From Eledone cirrhosa (taxonomy: Eukaryota), in the NCBI GenBank assembly GCA_964016885.1, contig OZ024745.1, positions 47,802,001 through 47,866,000 of the forward strand: a stretch of DNA of 64,000 nucleotides, given 5' to 3'. The notes beneath the pieces are model-generated. The model did not search any database. It saw nothing but the letters and a program-made list of their open reading frames with translations, and was not told where the DNA came from. This document shows positions 55,841 through 64,000 of the stretch, in pieces (the first letter of the stretch is position 1; each line of letters starts with the position of its first letter). The position numbers and the translations under genes were made by a program.

Positions 55841-58800
55841 AGTACTAGAAACGTTCTCTTGCAAGGTATAGCTTTCCTCTACCTCATGACAACAGTACTA
55901 GAAACGTTCTCTTGCAAGGTATAGCTTTCATCTAGCTCATGACAACAGTACTAGAAACGTTCTCTTGCAAGATATAGCTTTCCTCTACCTCATGACAACA
56001 GTACTAGAAACGTTCTCATGCAAGGTATAGCTTTCCTCTAGCTCATGACAACAGTACTAGAAACGTTCTCTTGGAATGTATAGCTTTCCTCTAGCTCATG
56101 ACAACAGTACTAGAAACGTTCTCTTGCAAGGTATAGCTTTCCTCTAGCTGACGACAACAGTACTAGAAACGTTCTCTTGCAAGGTATAGCTTTCCTCTAG
56201 CTCATGACAACAGTACTAGAAACGTTCTCTTGCAAGGTATAGCTTTCCTCTACCTCATGAAAACAGTACTAGAAACGTTCTCTTGCAAGGTATAGCTTTC
56301 CTCTAGCTCATGACAACAGTACTAGAAACGTTCTCTTGCAAGGTATAGCTTTCCGGTAGCTCATGACAACAGTACTAGAAACGTTCTCTTGCAAGGTATA
56401 GCTTTCCTCTAGCTGATGACAACAGTACTAGAAACGTTCTCTTGCAATGTATAGCTTTCCTCTAGCTGATGACAACAGTACTAGAAACGTTCTCTTGCAA
56501 GGTATAGCTTTCCTCTACCTCATGACAACAGTACTAGAAACGTTCTCTTGCAAGGTATAGCTTTCCTCTACCTCATGACAACAGTACTAGAAACGTTCTC
56601 TTGCAAGGTATAGCTTTCCTCTACCTCATGACAACAGTACTAGAAACGTTCTCTTGCAAGGTATAGCTTTCCTCTAGCGGATGACAACAGTACTAGAAAC
56701 GTTCTCTTGCAAGGTATAGCTTTCCTCTCCCTCATGACAACAGTACTAGAAACGTTCTCTTGCAAGGTATAGCTTTCCTCTACCTCATGACAACAGTACT
56801 AGAAACGTTCTCTTGCAAGGTATAGCTTTCCTCTACCTCATGACAACATTACTAGAAACGTTCTCTTGCAAGGTATAGCTTTCCTCTACCTCATGACAAC
56901 AGTACTAGAAACGTTCTCTTGCAAGGTATAGCTTTCCTGTAGCTCATGACAACAGTACTAGAAACGTTCTCTTGTAAGGTATAGCTTTCCTCTAGCTGAT
57001 GACAACAGTACTAGAAACGTTCTCTTGCAAGTTATAGCTTTCCTCTATCTGATGACAACAGTACTAGAAACGTTCTCTTGCAAGGTATAGCTCTCCTCTA
57101 CCTCATCACAACAGTACTAGAAACGTTCTCTTGCAAGGTATAGCGTTCCTCTAGCTCATGACAACAGTACTAGAAACGTTCTCTTGCAAGGTATAGCTTT
57201 CCTCTAGCTCATGACAACAGTACTAGAAACGTTCTCTTGCAAGGTATAGCTTTCCTCTACCTCATGACAACAGTACTAGAAACGTTCTCTTGCAAGGTAT
57301 AGCTTTCCTCTACCTCATGACAACAGTACTAGAAACGTTCTCATGCAAGGTATAGCTTTCCTCTAGCTCATGACAACAGTACTAGAAACGTTCTCTTGCA
57401 AGGTATAGCTTTCCTGTAGCTCATGACAACAGTACTAGAAACGTTCTCTTGCAAGGTATAGCTTTCCTCTAGCTGATGACAACAGTACTAGAAACATTCT
57501 CTTGCAAGGTATAGCTTTCCTCTAGCTCATGACAACAGTACTAGAAACGTTCTCTTGCAAGGTATAGCTTTCATCTACCTCATGACAACAGTACTAGAAA
57601 CGTTCTCTTGCAAGGTATAGCTTTCCTCTACCTCATGACAACAGTACTAGAAACGTTCTCTTGCAAGGTATAGCTTTCCTGTAGCTCATGACAACAGTAC
57701 TAGAAACGTTCTCTTGTAAGGTATAGCTTTCCTCTAGCTGATGACAACAGTACTAGAAACGTTCTCTTGCAAGGTATAGCTTTCCTCTAGCTGATGACAA
57801 CAGTACCAGAAACGTTCTCTTGCAAGGTATAGCTTTCCTCTACCTCATAACAACAGTACTAGAAACGTTCTCTTGCAAGGTATAGCTTTCCTCTAGCTGA
57901 TGACAACAGTACTAGAAACGTTCTCTTGCAAGGTATAGCTTTCCTCTACCTCATGACAACAGTACTAGAAACGTTCTCTTGCAAGTTATAGCTTTCCTCT
58001 AGCTGATGACAACAGTACTAGAAACGTTCTCTTGCAAGGTATAGCTTTCCTCTACCTCATCACAACAGTACTAGAAACGTTCTCTTGCAAGGTATAGCTT
58101 TCCTCTAGCTGATGACAACAGTACTAGAAACGTTCTCTTGCAAGTTATAGCTTTCCTCGACCTCATCACAACAGTACTAGAAACGTTCTCTTGCAAGGTA
58201 TAGCTTTCTTCTACCTCATGACAACAGTACTAGAAACGTTCTCTTGCAAGGTATAGCTTTCCTCTACCTCATGACAACAGTACTAGAAACGTTCTCTTGC
58301 AAGGTATAGCTTTCCTCTAGCTCATGACAACAATACTAGAAACGTTCTCTTGCAAGGTATAGCTTTCCTCTAGTTGATGACAACAGTACTAGAAACGTTC
58401 TCTTGCAAGGTATAGCTTTCGTCTAGCTCATGACAACAGTACTAGAAACGTTCTCTTGCAAGGTATAGCTTTCCTCTAGCTCATGACAACAGTAGTAGAA
58501 ACGTTCTCTTGCAAAGTATAACTTTCCTCTACCTCATGACAACGGTACTAGAAACGTTCTCTTGCAAGGTATAGCTTTCCTCTAGCTGATGACAACAGTA
58601 CTAGAAACGTTCTCTTGCAAGGTATAGCTCTCCTCTAGCTCATGACAACAGTACTAGAAACGTTCTCTTGCAAGGTATAGCTTTCCTCTAGCTCATGACA
58701 ACAGTACTAGAAACGTTCTCTTGCAAGGTATAGCTTTCCTCTACCTCATGACAACAGTACTAGAAACGTTCTCTTGCAAGGTATAGCTTTCCTCTAGCTC

Positions 58801-61800
58801 ATGACAACAGTACTAGAAACGTTCTCTTGCAAGGTATAGCTTTCCTCTACCTCATGACAACAGTACTAGAAACGTTCTCTTGCAAGGTATAGCTTTCCTC
58901 TAGCTCATGACAACAATACTAGAAACGTTCTCATGCAAGGTATAGCTTTCCTCTACCTCATGACAACAGTACTAGAAACGTTCTCTTGCAAGGTATAGCT
59001 TTCCTCTCCCTCATGACAACAGTACTAGAAACGTTCTCTTGCAAGGTATAGCTTTCCTCTACCTCATGACAACAGTACTAGAAACGTTCTCTTGCAAGGT
59101 ATAGCTTTCCTCTAACTCATGACAACAGTACTAGAAACGTTCTCTTGCAAGGTATAGCTTTCCTCTACCTCATGACAACAGTACTAGAAACGTTCTCTTG
59201 CAAGGTATAGCTTTCCTCTACCTCATGACAACAGTACTAGAAACGTTCTCTTGCAAGGTATAGCTTTCCTCTACCTCATGACAACAGTACTAGAAACGTT
59301 CTCTTGCAAGGTATAGCTTTCCTCTAGCTCATGACAACAATACTAGAAACGTTCTCATGCAAGGTATAGCTTTCCTCTACCTCATGACAACAGTACTAGA
59401 AACGTTCTCTTGCAAGGTATAGCTTTCCTCTCCCTCATGACAACAGTACTAGAAACGTTCTCTTGCAAGGTATAGCTTTCCTCTACCTCATGACAACAGT
59501 ACTAGAAACGTTCTCTTGCAAGGTATAGCTTTCCTCTAACTCATGACAACAGTACTAGAAACGTTCTCTTGCAAGGTATAGCTTTCCTCTACCTCATGAC
59601 AACAGTACTAGAAACGTTCTCTTGCAAGGTATAGCTTTCCTCTAGCTGACGACAACAGTACTAGAAACGTTCTCTTGCAAGGTATAGCTTTCCTCTCCCT
59701 CATGACAACAGTACTAGAAACGTTCTCTTGCTTGCAAGGTATAGCTTTCCTCTACCTCATGACAACAGTACTTGAAACGTTCTCTTGCAAGGTATAGCTT
59801 TCCTCTAGCTGATGACAACAGTACTAGAAACGTTCTCTTGCAAGGTATAGCTTTCCTCTACCTCATGACAACAGTACTAGAAACGTTCTCTTGCAAGGTA
59901 TAGCTTTCCTCTAGCTCATGACAACAGTACTATAAACATTCTCTTGCAAGGTATAGCTTTCCTCTACCTCATGACAACAGTACTAGAAACGTTCTCTTGC
60001 AAGGTATAGCTTTCCTCTAGCTCATGACAACAGTACTAGAAACGTTCTCTTGCAAGGTATAGCTTTCCTGTAGCTCATGACAACAGTACTAGAAACGTTC
60101 TCTTGCAAGGTATAGCTTTCCTCTAGCTCATGACAACAGTACTAGAAACGTTCTCTTGCAAGGTATAGCTTTCCTCTACCTCATGACAACAGTACTAGAA
60201 ACGTTCTCTTGCAAGGTATAGCTTTCATCTAGCTCATGACAACAGTACTAGAAACGTTCTCTTGCAAGATATAGCTTTCCTCTACCTCATGACAACAGTA
60301 CTAGAAACGTTCTCATGCAAGGTATAGCTTTCCTCTAGCTCATGACAACAGTACTAGAAACGTTCTCTTGCAAGGTATAGCTTTCCTGTAGCTCATGACA
60401 ACAGTACTAGAAACGTTCTCTTGCAAGGTATAGCTTTCCTCTAGCTGATGACAACAGTACTAGAAACGTTCTCTTGGAATGTATAGCTTTCCTCTAGCTC
60501 ATGACAACAGTACTAGAAACGTTCTCTTGCAAGGTATAGCTTTCCTCTAGCTGACGACAACAGTACTAGAAACGTTCTCTTGCAAGGTATAGCTTTCCTC
60601 TACCTCATGACAACAGTACTAGAAACGTTCTCTTGCTTGCAAGGTATATCTTTCCTCTACCTCATGACAACAGTACTAGAAACGTTCTCTTGCAAGGTAT
60701 AGCTTTCCTCTAGCTGATGACAACAGTACTAGAAACCTTCTGTTGCAAGGTATAGCTTTCCTCTACCTCATGACAACAGTACTAGAAACGTTCTCTTGCA
60801 AGGTATAGCTTTCCTCTAGCTCATGACAACAGTACTAGAAACGTTCTCTTGCAAGGTATAGCTTTCCTCTACCTCATGACAACAGTACTAGAAACGTTCT
60901 CTTGCAAGGTATAGCTTTCCTCTAGCTCATGACAACAGTACTAGAAACGTTCTCTTGCAAGGTATAGCTTTCCTCTACCTCATGACAACAGTACTAGAAA
61001 CGTTCTCTTGCAAGGTATAGCTTTCCTCTAGCTCATGACAACAATACTAGAAACGTTCTCATGCAAGGTATAGCTTTCCTCTACCTCATGACAACAGTAC
61101 TAGAAACGTTCTCTTGCAAGGTATAGCTTTCATCTAACTCATGACAACAGTACTAGAAACGTTCTCTTGCAAGGTATAGCTTTCCTCTACCTCATGACAA
61201 CAGTACTAGAAACGTTCTCTTGCAAGGTATAGCTTTCCTCTAGCTGACGACAACAGTACTAGAAACGTTCTCTTGCAAGGTATAGCTTTCCTCTCCCTCA
61301 TGACAACAGTACTAGAAACGTTCTCTTGCTTGCAAGGTATAGCTTTCCTCTACCTCATGACAACAGTACTAGAAACGTTCTCTTGCAAGGTATAGCTTTC
61401 CTCTACCTCATGACAACAGTACTAGAAACGTTCTCTTGCAAGGTATAGCTTTCCTCTAGCTCATGACAACAGTACTAGAAACGTTCTCTTGCAAGGTATA
61501 GCTTTCCTGTAGCTCATGACAACAGTACTAGAAACGTTCTCTTGCAAGGTATAGCTTTCCTCTAGCTGACGACAACAGTACTAGAAACGTTCTCTTGCTA
61601 TTTATAGCTTTCCTCTAGCTGATGACAACAGTACTAGAAACGTTCTCTTGCAAGGTATAGCTTTCCTCTACCTCATGATAACAGTACTAGAAACGTTCTC
61701 TTGCAAGGTATAGCTTTCCTCTACCTCATGACAACAGTACTAGAAACGTTCTCTTGCAAGGTATAGCTTTCTTGTACCTCATGACAACAGTACTAGAAAC

Positions 61801-64000
61801 GTTCTCTTGCAAGGTATAGCTTTCCTCTAGCTCATGACAACAGTACTAGAAACGTTCTCTTGCAAGGTATAGCTTTCCTCTACCTCATGACAACAGTACT
61901 AGAAACGTTCTCTTGCAAGGTATAGCTTTCATCTAGCTCATGACAACAGTACTAGAAACGTTCTCTTGCAAGATATAGCTTTCCTCTACCTCATGACAAC
62001 AGTACTAGAAACGTTCTCATGCAAGGTATAGCTTTCCTCTAGCTCATGACAACAGTACTAGAAACGTTCTCTTGGAATGTATAGCTTTCCTCTAGCTCAT
62101 GACAACAGTACTAGAAACGTTCTCTTGCAAGGTATAGCTTTCCTCTAGCTGACGACAACAGTACTAGAAACGTTCTCTTGCAAGGTATAGCTTTCCTCTA
62201 CCTCATGACAACAGTACTAGAAACGTTCTCTTGCTTGCAAGGTATAGCTTTCCTCTACCTCATGACAACAGTACTAGAAACGTTCTCTTGCAAGGTATAG
62301 CTTTCCTCTAGCTGATGACAACAGTACTAGAAACCTTCTGTTGCAAGGTATAGCTTTCCTCTACCTCATGACAACAGTACTAGAAACGTTCTCCTGCAAG
62401 GTATAGCTTTCCTCTAGCTGATGACAACAGTACTAGAAACGTTCTCTTGCAAGGTATAGCTTTCCTCTACCTCATGATAACAGTACTAGAAACGTTCTCT
62501 TGCAAGGTATAGCTTTCCTCTACCTCATGACAACAGTACTAGAAACGTTCTCTTGCAAGGTATAGCTTTCTTGTACCTCATGACAACAGTACTAGAAACG
62601 TTCTCTTGCAAGGTATAGCTTTCCTCTACCTCATGACAACAGTACTAGAAACGTTCTCTTGCAAGGTATAGCTTTCCTGTAGCTCATGACAACAGTACTA
62701 GAAACGTTCTCTTGTAAGGTATAGCTTTCCTCTAGCTGATGACAACAGTACTAGAAACGTTCTCTTGCAAGTTATAGCTTTCCTCTATCTGATGACAACA
62801 GTACTAGAAACGTTCTCTTGCAAGGTATAGCTCCCCTCTACCTCATCACAACAGTACTAGAAACGTTCTCTTGCAAGGTATAGCGTTCCTCTAGCTCATG
62901 ACAACAGTACTAGAAACGTTCTCTTGCAAGGTATAGCTTTCCTCTAGCTCATGACAACAGTACTAGAAACGTTCTCTTGCAAGGTATAGCTTTCCTCTAC
63001 CTCATGACAACAGTACTAGAAACGTTCTCTTGCAAGGTATAGCTTTCCTCTAGCTCATGACAACAGTACTAGAAACGTTCTCTTGCAAGGTATAGCTTTC
63101 CTCTACCTCATGACAACAGTACTAGAAACGTTCTCATGCAAGGTATAGCTTTCCTGTAGCTCATGACAACAGTACTAGAAACGTTCTCTTGCAAGGTATA
63201 GCTTTCCTCTAGCTGATGACAACAGTACTAGAAACATTCTCTTGCAAGGTATAGCTTTCCTCTAGCTCATGACAACAGTACTAGAAACGTTCTCTTGCAA
63301 GGTATAGCTTTCATCTACCTCATGACAACAGTACTAGAAACGTTCTCTTGCAAGGTATAGCTTTCATCTACCTCATGACAACAGTACTAGAAACGTTCTC
63401 TTGCAAGGTATAGCTTTCCTCTACCTCATGACAACAGTACTAGAAACGTTCTCTTGCAAGGTATAGCTTTCCTGTAGCTCATGACAACAGTACTAGAAAC
63501 GTTCTCTTGTAAGGTATAGCTTTCCTCTAGCTGATGACAACAGTACTAGAAACGTTCTCTTGCAAGGTATAGCTTTCCTCTAGCTGATGACAACAGTACC
63601 AGAAACGTTCTCTTGCAAGGTATAGCTTTCCTCTACCTCATGACAACAGTACTAGAAACGTTCTCTTGCAAGGTATAGCTTTCCTCTAGCTGATGACAAC
63701 AGTACTAGAAACGTTCTCTTGCAAGGTATAGCTTTCCTCTACCTCATGACAACAGTACTAGAAACGTTCTCTTGCAAGTTATAGCTTTCCTCTAGCTGAT
63801 GACAACAGTACTAGAAACGTTCTCTTGCAAGGTATAGCTTTCCTCTACCTCATCACAACAGTACTAGAAACGTTCTCTTGCAAGGTATAGCTTTCCTCTA
63901 GCTGATGACAACAGTACTAGAAACGTTCTCTTGCAAGTTATAGCTTTCCTCGACCTCATCACAACAGTACTAGAAACGTTCTCTTGCAAGGTATAGCTTT

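Larger units (their letters stand above)
1..64000. repeat. Satellite DNA array, 53-bp monomer, 1206 full copies plus a partial copy, single orientation, running off both window edges
   Basis: The monomer start CAAG recurs at 1, 54, 3181 (60x53+1) and 6361 (120x53+1). Phase is kept to 63987 once the observed indels are counted. Most monomers differ from consensus by 0-3 bases, and no non-repeat sequence was seen. Confidence 0.99.

Noticed and set aside
1-64000. CRISPR array (conserved, partly palindromic repeat plus a variable segment)
   Set aside because: The variable segment is only point variants of one sequence, not unique spacers. There is no leader and no cas gene.
1-64000. Long repetitive protein-coding ORF on either strand
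   Set aside because: 53 is not a multiple of 3, and both strands carry near-fixed stops (plus strand TAG at 8 and 38, TGA at 26; minus strand TAG within CTAG). Every frame closes within about three monomers.
1-64000. Mobile element, inversion, telomeric repeat, or tRNA/5S-type tandem gene array
   Set aside because: There is no break in register or orientation and no terminal repeats or coding remnants. There is no G-rich telomere motif and no recognisable structural RNA or Pol III boxes.
1-64000. Purely artefactual or synthetic concatemer, such as a rolling-circle product
   Set aside because: Hierarchically shared variants and nested duplications indicate evolutionary history rather than random error. 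Individual block copy numbers could still be mis-assembled.

Overview
The whole 64 kb window is one uninterrupted head-to-tail tandem array of a 53-bp monomer (about 41-42% GC). The consensus is CAAGGTATAGCTTTCCTCTA[C/G]CT[C/G]ATGACAACAGTACTAGAAACGTTCTCTTG; monomer positions below are numbered from this first C. Register bookkeeping closes exactly: 1206 full monomers plus 14 bp, with 18 four-base insertions and 4 single-base deletions (net +68; 63987-1-68 = 1206 x 53). I found no genes, RNA genes, transposon insertions, CRISPR spacers or strand switches. This looks like eukaryotic satellite DNA, possibly centromeric or heterochromatic, but I do not recognise the family or the organism. The information lies in the order of variant monomers: nested block duplications (17-, 21-, 34-, 52/55-, 53- and 55-mers, and offsets of 106 and 155 monomers), local 159-bp trimers, regional turnover of marker variants, and a palindrome-dense monomer. 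All comparisons were made by eye, so block boundaries are good to about one monomer and difference counts are minimums. The sequence does not support a new gene-based system.
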